Source: Amoebidium appalachense
Taxonomy: Eukaryota > Protista > Ichthyosporea
Length of the DNA stretch: 64,000 nt
Assembly: GCA_963693365.1 (NCBI GenBank)
Contig: CAVNZM010000012.1
Coordinates: forward strand, 3,423,617 to 3,487,616
Direction of reading: 5' to 3'
Positions 1 to 10,693 of this stretch are shown in pieces. Below the pieces are notes generated by a model. That model worked only from the letters and a program-made list of their open reading frames with translations. It was not told the origin of the DNA and searched no databases. The position numbers and the translations under genes were made by a program. Positions within the stretch are counted from its first letter, which is position 1; each line of letters begins with the position of its first letter.

Positions 1-794
1 TCATTTGTATATTGATAGATAATAAAACCCGCATATCGTTGGTCTGTCGTCGTCATTTTAATCTTTAATTTTGTGAAATGGACGTTGATGTATACAACCC
101 AGGGTGTTATTGGTACGTTGGAGATCGCGGGTGGTTAGGCAACATGCTGGCGCAGCCGCGCGCGCTCACTCTGAGACTGTGTGGTCCCCCTCCGCGACGA
201 GTGATTTGATTGGCGTCAAGTATCTGGTGTGGATCATAAAAGCCGCTTTGTTGCAAACGCGTTGGGGAGCAGCCTGCCGATTCCAGATATTTGTTGGAAT
301 GTCGGTGAACTCGTCAGTGTTTTGACAAAAACACAATCGCGTATACCGGAAGTCGCGGTGATTGCCAAGCGAGAGCCCTGGTGGGATCCACCTTTCAAAG
401 GGGTGGGTCGTTTCAAGGTAATACGGGTGTAGCATTTGGAAAGTATTTTTTTGTGTGGTTTCCGTCTCGGTGGATTGTGGGGATGTGGTGTACGTATATG
501 CAAGCATCAGTGGGGAATAGTATCCACATTCAGCGAATCATGAAGTTGCCGCATAATGGGTCCAGTATTGGTTGGGGCCGGGTTTTTTGCTTCAGTGAAT
601 TGTTTATTCTATGAATGTCACATGATATCAGCTTTAACCATTTTTGGACGCAATGAGATAGCGGACGCGACTACCCAAGGCCACATTGTGCAATTGTACC
701 AATAAAAAGAGGAAGTCTCAGTTTTTCAGCGCGATACATACGACCCTTCACAGCAACCGCCTGGGCCTATTTTGCAATCCGTAATGAAATTGGA

Positions 795-1030
795 TCTGAT
801 TGGTCCACCCGGTTTAACCGCCTGATCTGATTGGTCCGTCATGTTTGACCGCCTGATCTGATTGGTCCGCCAGGTTTGACCGCCTGATCTGATTGGTCCG
901 CCAGGTTTGACCGCCTGATCTGATTGGTCCGCCAGGTTTGACCGCCTGATCTGATTGGTCCGCCAGGTTTGACCGCCTGATCTGATTGGTCCGCCAGGTT
1001 TGACCGCCTGATCTGATTGGTCCGCCAGGT
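795..1030 (-). repeat. 31-bp tandem array, ~7 copies, one CCAAT box per unit (left-arm copy)
   Basis: TGACCGCCTGATCTGATTGGTCCGCCAGGTT repeated head to tail. Confidence 0.95.
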
Positions 1031-1626
1031 TGGTCCGCGTCCAACCCTACCCTGTGAAAGACGCTTCCTGAACGCCGCGGTGGTCACCATGATTTGAAGC
1101 ATGTGTTGTGGCGTGCTTTGTGCGCGGTTTGGTTGGTTGTTCACTCGGCGAAACGTTTGTCGCAAAGGGAAAACGCGAGGCCACTTGATTGGCCAGACGA
1201 AACGCACAAAAAAGATGTGAAAAGCGAGCCCCCCGACTGGCCTTGTCGAAATTGGGGTGTTGTTTTGATTGGCTGGGTTTGGGCTGAGTTTGACACTTAT
1301 GTAATGCGCATTGGTTCGTTTTGGTGGTTGCGCTATTGCAGATGTTTATTGCTTCGTTTTGGTGGTTGCGTCATTGCAGATGTTTATAAGGATCGTAGAA
1401 GTTCAAATCCTTCATTTCGCTTTGTTTTTGCTTGCTTTTAGAAGGGATTTTCTATTCTGTTTTCCATCGCGAACGAGCCGTGTTTTAAGCTTCTATGTTT
1501 TGAGAAGATGTTTTTTTCGTTTTCCATCGTCTACGAACCGTGACATGTAGCGACACAAAAATTTCGGTGTTTTGGTTGTGTTTACAGTTTTTTTCATTTG
1601 GAATCGTTCGTTTTAACGGGTTCACA

Positions 1627-2178
1627 ATGGCTTCTGTTCGCTATGCTCGTGGTTCTGGGACTTTTCGGTTTATTATCGATTTTTTTGACCCACTGGTTTT
1701 TCTTTTTTCCCACAAGCGTGACCCGAGTATGCAAAGCAACATGCGGGTTTCCCTGCCTTTCCTTGCCAGATTGTGGCGTCACGCACAGGTCCCTCGCGGT
1801 GACTAACGGGATTGTCGTCGATTCGATTGACGCAATACGATTTTTTGTTGGATGAGTTGCTTCACGTTTGTGCACATCTCACCCTCGACACCTCTGGTGT
1901 AGCCACAATTGATGTTCGTGATTCTCGCTTTTGCTTGAAAAAATTGATGCCGATTCTATTTTTTCATCTGACGTTGAAGTACATCGCTCCTACAAAGCTG
2001 ATTGGGATGACCTTGTTGGCAAATGCATCGCGTCTACATGACATATCGTGACAGTGCTCTATGCGACCAAGACCCATGGCCTGTGACCGATGAAGATGGT
2101 TAGATTTTCTGTTGTGTGTTGGCCGGAGTATTCGTATTTGTATGCCGCTACTTCTGCCGTGAACGCCCAGAAGAAGGA
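1627..2178 (+). pseudogene. Frameshifted, 3'-truncated copy of the 3190-4215 gene
   Basis: The same peptides are split over several frames. Identity ends at SAVNAQKK. Confidence 0.75.
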
Positions 2179-2237
2179 GCAGCTGTACAGCTATCTTGAG
2201 GCCCCGGACTTGATCTTGATGATCTGTGGACCCGGGC

Positions 2238-3033
2238 CACCCCCCCCCCCCCCCCCCCCCCCGTGGCCAATGACAACAAAGAACGGGGAACGGGGAACGG
2301 GGCCATGCCAGGCACACGAGGCACACGAGGCACACGAGGCACACGAGGCACACGAGGCACACGAGGCACACGAGGCACACGAGGCACACGAGGCACACGG
2401 GGCTGCCAGGCCTCGCCGCCCCGCCCAGCCACGCCCAGCCCCGCCGGTGGAGAGAGAGAGAGAGAGAGAGAAAAGTCTAAGTCTACACGAGAGAGAGGGA
2501 GAGAAAAGTCTAAGTCTACACGAGAGAGAGGGAGAGAAAAGTCTAAGTCTACACGAGAGAGAGGGAGAGAAAAGTCTAAGTCTACACGAGAGAGAGGGAG
2601 AGAAAAGTCTAAGTCTACACGAGAGAGAGGGAGAGAAAAGTCTGAGTCTACACGAGAGAGAGGGAGAGAAAAGTCTGAGTCTACACGAGAGAGAGGGAGA
2701 GAAAAGTCTGAGTCTACACGAGAGAGAGGGAGAGAAAAGTCTGAGTCTACACGAGAGAGAGGGAGAGAAAAGTCTGAGTCTAACGGCAGGGGCAGGGGCA
2801 GGGGCAGGGGGCAGGCGTGCACGTGAGGCAGGCGTGCACGTGAGGCAGGGGGGGGGGGCAGGCGAGGCAGGGGGGGGGCAGGCGAGGCAGGCGTGCACGT
2901 GAGGCAGGGGGGGGGGGGGCAGGCGAGGCAGGGGGGCAGGCGAGGCAGGGGGGGGCAGGCGAGGCAGGGGGGGGCAGGCGTGCACGTGAGCCTCGCAGGC
3001 CTCGCGGGCCCGGGGGGGGGGGGGGGGGGGGTG
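2238..3033. repeat. Composite repeat element bounded by a poly-C and a poly-G run: ~10x GGCACACGA (2311-2399), ~10x 33-bp unit (2462-2782), G-rich GGCAGG/CACGTG repeats (2786-3031)
   Basis: Read directly. The 33-mer CACGAGAGAGAGGGAGAGAAAAGTCT(A/G)AGTCTA switches from the A to the G variant halfway. Confidence 0.9.
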
Positions 3034-3189
3034 CAAAAACAGGGATCTGTAAATACTTCGCGGGGTTTTACATTAGCATACAATACGGGTATAACAATTC
3101 AAAAAACACACATTCTGATCAGCATCGATGATCTAAACTACGAGCATAGAAATTCCAAAAAGACGAGTGTCGATTTTTCTACATACAGC

Positions 3190-4215
3190 TCATTCATACT
3201 CGGTATGATCGGATTGCATAATCGTCTTTGGACAGAAAAGGAGAGAGGGACGAGATGTGTTATGGTACACAACCAGAGATAAACTGTTGTCGTCATCACC
3301 ACCATTTTCACTTTCACCCTCGCCACCACTGTTTTCACTTTCACCCTCGCCATCTGGCTCGTAAACCGGCTCCTCGTTCAACGCGCCACGATTCAAATGC
3401 ACATGTTCCTCCAAAGCCTCCAACTCAACGTACAAAGCAAGCGCACGAACACCACCACCTCCACCCAAATCATCGCGACTTCTCTTACGTCGTTTGACGG
3501 AGTCGCCAGAACCGCGTCGGGGAGGCAGACCACAACCAAAATGACATTCTCTCGGCTCGACGTTGTGATATCGCTTCAGACGCTGTTCGTTGTTGTACAC
3601 CTCGCTTGTGAGTTTGGATTTCCGTGCCTGTAGTACTTTAATTTGACGAGAAAGGGACCCGATCTCGTCCTTCTTCTGGGCGTTCACGGCGGAGGTAGCG
3701 GCATACAAATACGAATACTCGGCCAACACACAACTGAAAATCTTCTTGTCTTCATCGGTCACAGGCCATGGGTCTTGGTCGCATAGAGCACTGTCACGAT
3801 ATGTCATGAACGCGATGCATTTGCCAACAAGGTCATCCCAATCAGCTTTGTAGGAGCGATGTACTTCAACGTCGGGCGAAAAAATAGAATCGGCATCAAT
3901 TTTTTTCAAACACAACCGGAAGTCACGAACATCAATTGTGGCTACACCAGAGGTGTCGAGGGTGAGATGTGCACAAACGTCGAGCAACTCATCCAACAAA
4001 AAATCGTATTCGTCAATCGAATCGACGACAGTCCCGTTAGTCACCGCGAGGACCTGTGCGTGACGCCACAATCTGGCAAGGGAAGGCAGGGAAACCCGCA
4101 TGTTGCTTTGCATACTCGGGTCACGCTTGTGGGAGGGTCTTGTTTCCAGTGCGTCAAAGAAATCGATAATAACCCGAAAAGTCCCAGAGACACGAGCATA
4201 GCGAACAGAAGCCAT
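3190..4215 (-). CDS. Hypothetical protein with coiled coil, NLS-like KRRKR and acidic tail
   Basis: Long ORF from the ATG at 4215. The 5' part is duplicated in the left arm. Confidence 0.6.
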   Translation of the reverse strand: MASVRYARVSGTFRVIIDFFDALETRPSHKRDPSMQSNMRVSLPSLARLWRHAQVLAVTNGTVVDSIDEYDFLLDELLDVCAHLTLDTSGVATIDVRDFRLCLKKIDADSIFSPDVEVHRSYKADWDDLVGKCIAFMTYRDSALCDQDPWPVTDEDKKIFSCVLAEYSYLYAATSAVNAQKKDEIGSLSRQIKVLQARKSKLTSEVYNNEQRLKRYHNVEPRECHFGCGLPPRRGSGDSVKRRKRSRDDLGGGGGVRALALYVELEALEEHVHLNRGALNEEPVYEPDGEGESENSGGEGESENGGDDDNSLSLVVYHNTSRPSLLFCPKTIMQSDHTEYE

Positions 4216-4802
4216 TGTGAACCCGTTAACACGAACGATTCCAAATGGGCTTAACAAACACAACCAAACACCGAAATTTTGTGTCGCTACATGTCACGGT
4301 TCGTAGACGATGGAAAACAGAAAAAACATCTTCTCAAAACATAGAAGCTTAAAACACGGCTCGTTCGCGATGGAAAACAGAATAGAAAATCTCTTCTAAA
4401 AGCAAGCAAAAACAAACGAAATGAAGGATTTGAACTTCTGCGATCCTTATAAACATCTGCAATAGCGCAACCACCAAAACGAACCAATAAACATCTGCAA
4501 TAGCGCAACCACCAAAACGAACCAATGCGCATTACATAAGTGTCAAACTCAGCCCAAACCCAGCCAATCAAAACAACACCCCAATTTCGCTTGGCCAATC
4601 GGGGGGCTCGCTTTTCACATCTTTTTTGTGCGTTTCGTCTGGCCAATCAAGTGGCCTCGCGTTTCCCTTTGCGACAAACGTTTCGCCGAGTGAACAACCA
4701 ACCAAACCGCGCACAAAGCACGCCACCACACATGCTTCCCATCATGGTGACCACCGCGGCGTTCAGGAAGCGTCTTTCACAGGGTAGGGTTGGACGCGGA
4801 CC

Positions 4803-5045
4803 AACCTGGCGGACCAATCAGATCAGGCGGTCAAACCTGGCGGACCAATCAGATCAGGCGGTCAAACCTGGCGGACCAATCAGATCAGGCGGTCAAACCT
4901 GGCGGACCAATCAGATCAGGCGGTCAAACCTGGCGGACCAATCAGATCAGGCGGTCAAACCTGGCGGACCAATCAGATCAGGCGGTCAAACCTGGCGGAC
5001 CAATCAGATCAGGCGGTTAAACCGGGTGGACCAATCAGATCCAAT
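4803..5045 (+). repeat. 31-bp tandem array, 7 copies, one CCAAT per unit
   Basis: AACCTGGCGGACCAATCAGATCAGGCGGTCA x7. Confidence 0.95.
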
Positions 5046-5146
5046 TTCATTACGGATTGCAAAATAGGCCCAGGCGGTTGCTGTGAAGGGTCGTATGTAT
5101 CGCGCGACAGACACAGGCTTCCTCTTTTTATTGGTACAATTGCACA

Positions 5147-5687
5147 ATGTGGCCTTGGGTAGTCGCGTCCGCTATCTCATTCGTCCTGTTCTGGTTGACG
5201 CTGATATCATGTGACATTCATAGAATAAACAATTCACTGAAGCAAAAAACCCGGCCCCAACCAATACTGGACCCATTATGCGACAACTTCATGATTCGCT
5301 GGCTGTGGATACTATTCCCACTGATGCTTGCATATACGTACACCACATCCCCACAATCCACCGAGACGGAAACCACACAAAAAATACTTTCAAATGCTAC
5401 ACCCGTATTACCTTGAAACGACCCACCCCTTTGAAAGGTGGATCCCACCAGGGCTCTCGCTTGGCAATCACCACGACTTCCGGTATACGCGATTGTGTTT
5501 TTGTCAAAACACTGACGAGTTCACCGACATTCCAACATATATCTGGAATCGGCAGGCTGCTCCCCAACGCGTTTACAACAAAGCGGCTTTTTTGATCCAC
5601 ACCAGATACTTGTGTAATCAAATCACTCGTCGCGGAGAGGACCACAGTCTCAGAGTGAGCGCGCGCGCTGCGCAGCATGTTGCCTAA
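5147..5687 (+). CDS. Hypothetical membrane protein, frameshifted near 5385 (left-arm copy ~166-686, minus strand)
   Basis: Two hydrophobic segments. The left-arm copy reads through TTQKNTFQMLHPYY in one frame. Confidence 0.5.
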
Positions 5688-5817
5688 CCACCCGCGATCT
5701 CCAACGTACCAATAACACCCTGGGTTGTATACATCAACGTCCATTTCACAAAGACAAAGATTAAAATGACGACGACAGACCAACGATCACCGGGTTTTAT
5801 TATCTATCAATATACAA

Positions 5818-6228
5818 ATGACACCCCTCCAATTATTGCAGCTGACGATCGTTGGATACACAACCCCTGGGGCACGTGCCCATCCGTATATGTATCCACC
5901 AGCACAACCTCCAACATCCACGCCAACTGCCACGCAAAAACCAAGCTGCACACACACACTGATAGACACACCAACACATAAATGGACGTGTACGAGCGTG
6001 ACAATAAACAATACATGTAGCTGGACGTGCGATCGGAAGCAATCACTCATAATACCATGCAATCAGTCAGTCAGATGCAAGATATACAAAGTCGACCCCA
6101 AGACGTTAGGGGTCATGCGTTGCAAGAATCGCGCAACCGGGACGAAAATTCCTTGCACGAGCCAGACGTGCTGTGTACTTTACAAGGAGCCCATTACCTA
6201 CACAAAGACCGCACCTTTCCGCCAATAG
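5818..6228 (+). CDS. Small Cys-rich, PT-rich hypothetical protein, possibly secreted
   Basis: ATG-initiated 136 aa ORF with many Cys. Confidence 0.5.
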   Translation: MTPLQLLQLTIVGYTTPGARAHPYMYPPAQPPTSTPTATQKPSCTHTLIDTPTHKWTCTSVTINNTCSWTCDRKQSLIIPCNQSVRCKIYKVDPKTLGVMRCKNRATGTKIPCTSQTCCVLYKEPITYTKTAPFRQ

Positions 6229-6257
6229 AGACCATCGGGGTCTTATAATCGTATGCA

Positions 6258-6605
6258 ATGACCATGGCTAGACGACGGAAAACACACTCCGAGCGCCATC
6301 GGCACAGACGCCCAGGCCCAAAACAAAAGCGAAAAAAGCGCCATAAAAAAGCAAGACACAGACAGAGACCAAGAAGAGACACACAAAACGGACAACGGTA
6401 CAGGACGGCATGGAGGACCAGATATTATATTTGGTACCCACAGAAAGTAACAGACACACACAGACAGACGCGGTCACTTTCGACGAACACACAACAGACC
6501 TTAAAACCAAACGAACCCCAGAAAAGGTGCGGTTTCAATATTGGACCGGGTGAGGTAGGTGTTCCTTGTGCCAACATCCACGACGTAGAAGATCCCGAAT
6601 TTTGA
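6258..6605 (+). CDS. Highly basic, protamine-like protein
   Basis: MARRRKTHSERHRHRRPGPKQKRKKRHKKARHRQRPRR. Confidence 0.5.
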   Translation: MTMARRRKTHSERHRHRRPGPKQKRKKRHKKARHRQRPRRDTQNGQRYRTAWRTRYYIWYPQKVTDTHRQTRSLSTNTQQTLKPNEPQKRCGFNIGPGEVGVPCANIHDVEDPEF

Positions 6606-6830
6606 TTCGCCGCTTTGAATGATTGGGCGGTATTTGATCCGATCCACCGTTTTGAATGATTGGACAGTCCCGTAGTTTTGATTCGCCGCTTTGAGTGATT
6701 GGGCGGTATTTGATCTGATCCACCATTTAGAATGATTGGACAGTCCCGATTTTTGAATCGCCGTTTTGAATGATTGGACGGTAAGGTGAAACATCCCGAA
6801 TTTTGATTCACTGTTTGTGATTGGGCGCAA
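6591..6830. repeat. Degenerate ~78-bp tandem repeat with TGAATGATTGG (reverse CCAAT) cores
   Basis: CCCGAATTTTGATTCGCCGCTTTGAATGATTGGGCGG...TGATTGGACAGTCCCG repeated about 3 times. Confidence 0.85.
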
Positions 6831-7100
6831 ATCATTATCAATTAACACTACAATCCAATTCGTTGGTTATTTTTATTGGTTGCTGATATAGTGAGCTCAT
6901 ACCAACACATTAGGAATTTATGGGATGGAGAGCAGCGATTGGCTACATCGGGACACATAACGCCATCATACACCAATCATTTGCATCTGCTTACGCGCAT
7001 GTGAATCAAATGATATAAAGAGGAACGTCACTCACACCATGCTTCATTATTCATCATTCGACAAGAATCAGAATATGCGTTTCTAGTTTCGCAAATCACG

Positions 7101-7634
7101 ATGCCGAACTCCGTTTTCTATGCTCTGCCCGCCACACTTCCTGTGGAGCACAGAACAAAGTACATCAAGTATATCACAGACAACGTGAAGTCTGATGGGT
7201 CGTACGACGACAACCCAGACTTGGTTGTCGTGTCGTCGTCCATCAACGGGCTGGATGCCGATATGCTGAATAGCCATGCCGCATTCTGCAAGGAGTGTGT
7301 CCAAGCCCTGATAGAGGTAGATTTCAGTCTACTGCGTCCAAAGCGACACGTCCTGATGAGATTTGTATTGCGGAAGGAGGACGCCTCTCTCGTTACACAG
7401 CTTGCCCGACTTGTCTCGGTTCTCGCCGTGGTGGGTATTATCACGATTCCTTACACGAAAGACGCCAACTACACCATCTTCCAGATCGCCGACAAGCATT
7501 GTACTTGGAATACCCCGACCGTGCGCACAATCGCGGAATTGGCGGAACTCCCTCACGACGAACCCAATAAGACAAAAATATACACCGCTAACACTCCGAC
7601 CACCCCACATCACACTACCGTCGTCACCGTTTGA
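7101..7634 (+). CDS. Hypothetical protein, weak resemblance to an inactive FtsJ/RrmJ-like methyltransferase fold
   Basis: PDLVVVSS...LLRPKRHVLMRF...IITIPYTK spacing resembles the FtsJ C-terminal half. K-D-K-E catalytic residues are not evident. CCAAT and TATA lie upstream. Confidence 0.55.
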   Translation: MPNSVFYALPATLPVEHRTKYIKYITDNVKSDGSYDDNPDLVVVSSSINGLDADMLNSHAAFCKECVQALIEVDFSLLRPKRHVLMRFVLRKEDASLVTQLARLVSVLAVVGIITIPYTKDANYTIFQIADKHCTWNTPTVRTIAELAELPHDEPNKTKIYTANTPTTPHHTTVVTV

Positions 7635-8241
7635 CAGAGATCAAGGCACAGCCCACATACGTCTGGTGAACGCCATCGACGAGTTTGGAGGTCACCCACT
7701 TCATCTGCATATAGCATTTCCGCCGCCCTTTACAGACGCTCACCTCGCGGGGGGCGTGGATTGCATCCCATCGCCCCGAATTGGCCGTATCACCAGCACC
7801 CCTTATCACACTTGGAGTGCCTAGTTGGATGTCACTCGTATGCATGCGTCTATTAACCATTCTGAAAAAGCGGAAGTAGTAGTCTCCCCCGTGGGGAACA
7901 TCGTTTTGGGTTTTGATGTTAAATCTCTTTCCGGGTTTGACTGTGTAGGTTTTGCCGGTTGGTTTGCGCGTCCGACATGGCTCGGACCACATATCGGGGG
8001 GTGGTTCGGTGTGGCTGTATTGCTTGGCATATTCAAGGTTGGACGATTGGAGTAGGTACATGGGTATGTCTTGACCGTATGATTGGGGGTTCTTTGCCAT
8101 CGCCCGCATCTCGCGCGGCAACAATTCAATGAATCTTGCCGGGAAAGGCATCTGCGGCGGCCACAACATGGCTGCATGTCCGTGAACAGATGAACAGAGT
8201 ATACTCAGAGCGATCCACATATGCGTGTACGCACTGGCCAT
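7624..8241 (-). CDS. Secreted lytic polysaccharide monooxygenase-like (His-brace) protein
   Basis: Signal peptide MASAYTHMWIALSILCSSVHG, then a mature N-terminal His (HAAMLWPP), a second His in VPHGG, and C-terminal QTYVGCALI. Confidence 0.6.
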   Translation of the reverse strand: MASAYTHMWIALSILCSSVHGHAAMLWPPQMPFPARFIELLPREMRAMAKNPQSYGQDIPMYLLQSSNLEYAKQYSHTEPPPDMWSEPCRTRKPTGKTYTVKPGKRFNIKTQNDVPHGGDYYFRFFRMVNRRMHTSDIQLGTPSVIRGAGDTANSGRWDAIHAPREVSVCKGRRKCYMQMKWVTSKLVDGVHQTYVGCALISVKR

Positions 8242-8289
8242 TGCTTGTGGCACAATAAAATGCCCAGGTCTTGTTAGCCCCCACACGAT

Positions 8290-8886
8290 ATGCACATCCT
8301 TCATGCAGGTCGATACGTTAGCAAGCAACTGGCTCTGCTGAGCGAACCAACTGATTGGCCGTCCGATCTGGCAGACACCAAACACACTGGCATGGCACTG
8401 CCATGGCAGAGGGATGACCCATACGTGTGCACCCGCGTCGGGGATTTGCGTATGTATTGGAAGGCTTTGCCGGATCACAACGTCGTCACATTCACAGACG
8501 ACAGGGCCGATGCCTCAGAATTTGTCTTCATACATTCACAGGCCGAAGACACGATCGCCGGGGAACACGCACTGCCGAGGCCAAGCCTCGCTAACGTAAA
8601 AATCAACACCCGTACACCTAATTACACAAATTGGTCACCCGCTTCGCTACCCACTGCCCGTATCGAATTGGGAGTCGCCGCTTCGCTTGGGCTGGGCGGT
8701 TTACCGATCATCCCGATGCCCTCGTGGTTTGTCTACACGGACGACCTCGGCGTCCAATATGGATTCCGGGGTGTCAATGTTGCGATATGCATCGCGCGGT
8801 TCTGGCGCTTCAGGCTCTGTCTTGACATGTTCCCGCTCCCTGCCATAACGTTGTTTCTTGCCGTCTTGGACCTCCGCGGCGCCTAG
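8290..8886 (+). CDS. Hypothetical protein
   Basis: 198 aa ATG ORF divergent from the LPMO-like gene. Confidence 0.4.
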   Translation: MHILHAGRYVSKQLALLSEPTDWPSDLADTKHTGMALPWQRDDPYVCTRVGDLRMYWKALPDHNVVTFTDDRADASEFVFIHSQAEDTIAGEHALPRPSLANVKINTRTPNYTNWSPASLPTARIELGVAASLGLGGLPIIPMPSWFVYTDDLGVQYGFRGVNVAICIARFWRFRLCLDMFPLPAITLFLAVLDLRGA

Positions 8887-8894
8887 AATTTTAT

Positions 8895-9263
8895 ATGCTA
8901 CACGTAATGCTCAATAACCTCTACGCCGTCTTCGCCCTTGCCGTCGGGTCGTTCGCTGCCCCACAGTGCATATACCAAAGCACCGGCCCCGCGTCCAGTC
9001 TTGCAGCCACCGAGACCGTCGCTGCAACCGCACCTGCGGTCTGGCCCCCCGGCATCCCCGCGCCGACAGACGATGAGGTCCCACTCGACCTCCCCGCCAG
9101 TGGCTCCGGGTCAGAGATTGACCCCGAGGATGACATCACCCCGTCCCCAGCCACCCCCACCACTACCACCGAGACTTTCGTGTGGCCACCCAGCATGACG
9201 CCCACACCTTCTGCCCCGGGACCCAAGGCCCGTTGGCAGTGCAACTGCACAGTCATGGACTGA
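8895..9263 (+). CDS. Secreted Pro/Thr-rich protein
   Basis: Signal-like LYAVFALAVGSFA, two VWPP motifs, terminal WQCNC. Confidence 0.6.
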   Translation: MLHVMLNNLYAVFALAVGSFAAPQCIYQSTGPASSLAATETVAATAPAVWPPGIPAPTDDEVPLDLPASGSGSEIDPEDDITPSPATPTTTTETFVWPPSMTPTPSAPGPKARWQCNCTVMD

Positions 9264-9288
9264 GCTTTTATGCTCACCCACCTGTAGG

Positions 9289-10647
9289 ATGTCGAAGGCG
9301 CGCTCCCGTATTCTCGACGACATGGCTTCACACATCGACTTCTCCGCCGCAATGGCACGACGCGCCTTTCCACACGGACCCGCACTTCCGACCCCGTCCC
9401 GCACATCAGTGGTAGGCGATGCCTCCGCCCGGAGCTCACCCGCCCCGACCCAAGTGTCCCAGGCTCCCTGGCGATACCACTTTGTCAGCGGCGACACACA
9501 TGGTGGCCCGCTGAAGATAGAGTTCCCCACTCCCCGGTCGGTCCACGGTGTTCGCGTCGAGGGCGCGAGGGTGCATTCCGTGTACGACGTGTCAGAGGGC
9601 TCCAACAGATTGGTGCTGGGGCTGTCGTTCCTCGACTCGCCAGATGGCCGCCACCCGGGCTCGTGGACACGTTCGACTGCAGACATCTACCTGCCCGTCG
9701 GGCACTATACAATCGACGCCCTGTGCGCTGAATTGGAGGCCCGTCTAGATCAGGCCATCGCCGATTGCTACAAGCCCTCGTACAACATCGATGACATCGC
9801 AGACCTCCTCGACGTGTTCCCGGATGCAGTCCCGTACTATGCAAAGGTCACACACACGGCCGTCATCAAGGCCGCTGCCGAGCGCAATGGCGAGGCATGG
9901 ACCCGCCAGGAAGACTTCCTCGCAAAGGACAGGTGGGCGCCGCGCACGTCGGGCCCCGCCGATCACCTGGCCCACGAGGTGCTGCAGCTGGCGCAGATAC
10001 ACTATCGGGAGAACCCTTGGGCATGGCGAGAGCTGGCAAACGAGCGTGACCCACACAACCGCTTCAAGTGGCCGTTCCACCACACGCTCTACTCGTTCAT
10101 GTCCCCGTCGCAGCTGGCGATTCCCGATCGCCTGGTCATCAGCATCCACCACCACAAGACACTCACACCCGACGTCGTCAAGCACTGGGCCCCATATGCA
10201 ACTGTCCCTACGTTCACCCTTGATGTCCCACGCGGCCTTGCGCGCGTCCTGGGTTTCGAGGTCGGCGGCCACGTCAGTCACAGCCTCACCAGCGGGTTGC
10301 CCCCGCTTGCAAGATACTTTGACGGCCGCGACCACGCTCCCGTGGCCGAAGGCGACCAGCAGCTTCCCTCCGCCGCAGACAACATCCAGTGCATCGTCGG
10401 GTCCATGCCTCCCCTGGCGCCTCGAGGCGCGCTGCTGGTCAACGTCATGCACGGCGAGACAAGCCTGCAAGGCCGCATCGTGTCCGCGGGTGTCCACGGC
10501 GCCGCCTGCGGCATCAGCGAAGACCTACAGGCGTCGCCGCAGATAGCCACGTCGCTCGAGCACGTCGATGGGCTGCGTGTGGCCGTCGTGGATGAGATGG
10601 GGTACAGGGTCGGCGGCCGCTTCACCGTCCTAGTTGGGATCAAATAG
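9289..10647 (+). CDS. Penton-like minor capsid protein (single jelly roll with insertion)
   Basis: KIEFPTPRSVHGVRVEGARV.SVYDVSEGSNRL, IYLPVGHYTIDALCAELE and C-terminal LRVAVVDEMGY...FTVLVGI match the NCLDV penton pattern. Confidence 0.7.
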   Translation: MSKARSRILDDMASHIDFSAAMARRAFPHGPALPTPSRTSVVGDASARSSPAPTQVSQAPWRYHFVSGDTHGGPLKIEFPTPRSVHGVRVEGARVHSVYDVSEGSNRLVLGLSFLDSPDGRHPGSWTRSTADIYLPVGHYTIDALCAELEARLDQAIADCYKPSYNIDDIADLLDVFPDAVPYYAKVTHTAVIKAAAERNGEAWTRQEDFLAKDRWAPRTSGPADHLAHEVLQLAQIHYRENPWAWRELANERDPHNRFKWPFHHTLYSFMSPSQLAIPDRLVISIHHHKTLTPDVVKHWAPYATVPTFTLDVPRGLARVLGFEVGGHVSHSLTSGLPPLARYFDGRDHAPVAEGDQQLPSAADNIQCIVGSMPPLAPRGALLVNVMHGETSLQGRIVSAGVHGAACGISEDLQASPQIATSLEHVDGLRVAVVDEMGYRVGGRFTVLVGIK

Positions 10648-10693
10648 CCGCTTGCGGTCTTGGGGTTGGACGTAATGCTGGTGTCTCACAGTG

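Larger units (their letters stand above)
1..2178. repeat. Left arm of a ~2.2 kb imperfect inverted repeat (partner 3668-5821)
   Basis: 1-30 TCATTTGTAT...AAAACCC is the reverse complement of 5792-5821. Similarity runs inward to AAGAAGGA (2171-2178) / TCCTTCTT (3668-3675), with scattered clustered mismatches and indels. Confidence 0.95.
3668..5821. repeat. Right arm of the ~2.2 kb inverted repeat
   Basis: Mirror ORF translations on opposite strands, e.g. MASVRYAR, HPYYLETTHPFERW and GGPIRSGGQTWRTNQ. Confidence 0.95.

Noticed and set aside
2090-3083. Long ORFs with AHE/GTR/SLHEREGEK repeats (also 22036-22511 and 4540-5067)
   Set aside because: They are open in many frames on both strands because the repeats lack stops, so they are not credible genes.
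795-5045. CRISPR array (31-bp and 33-bp repeats)
   Set aside because: The units are head to tail with no unique spacers, and no cas genes are present.
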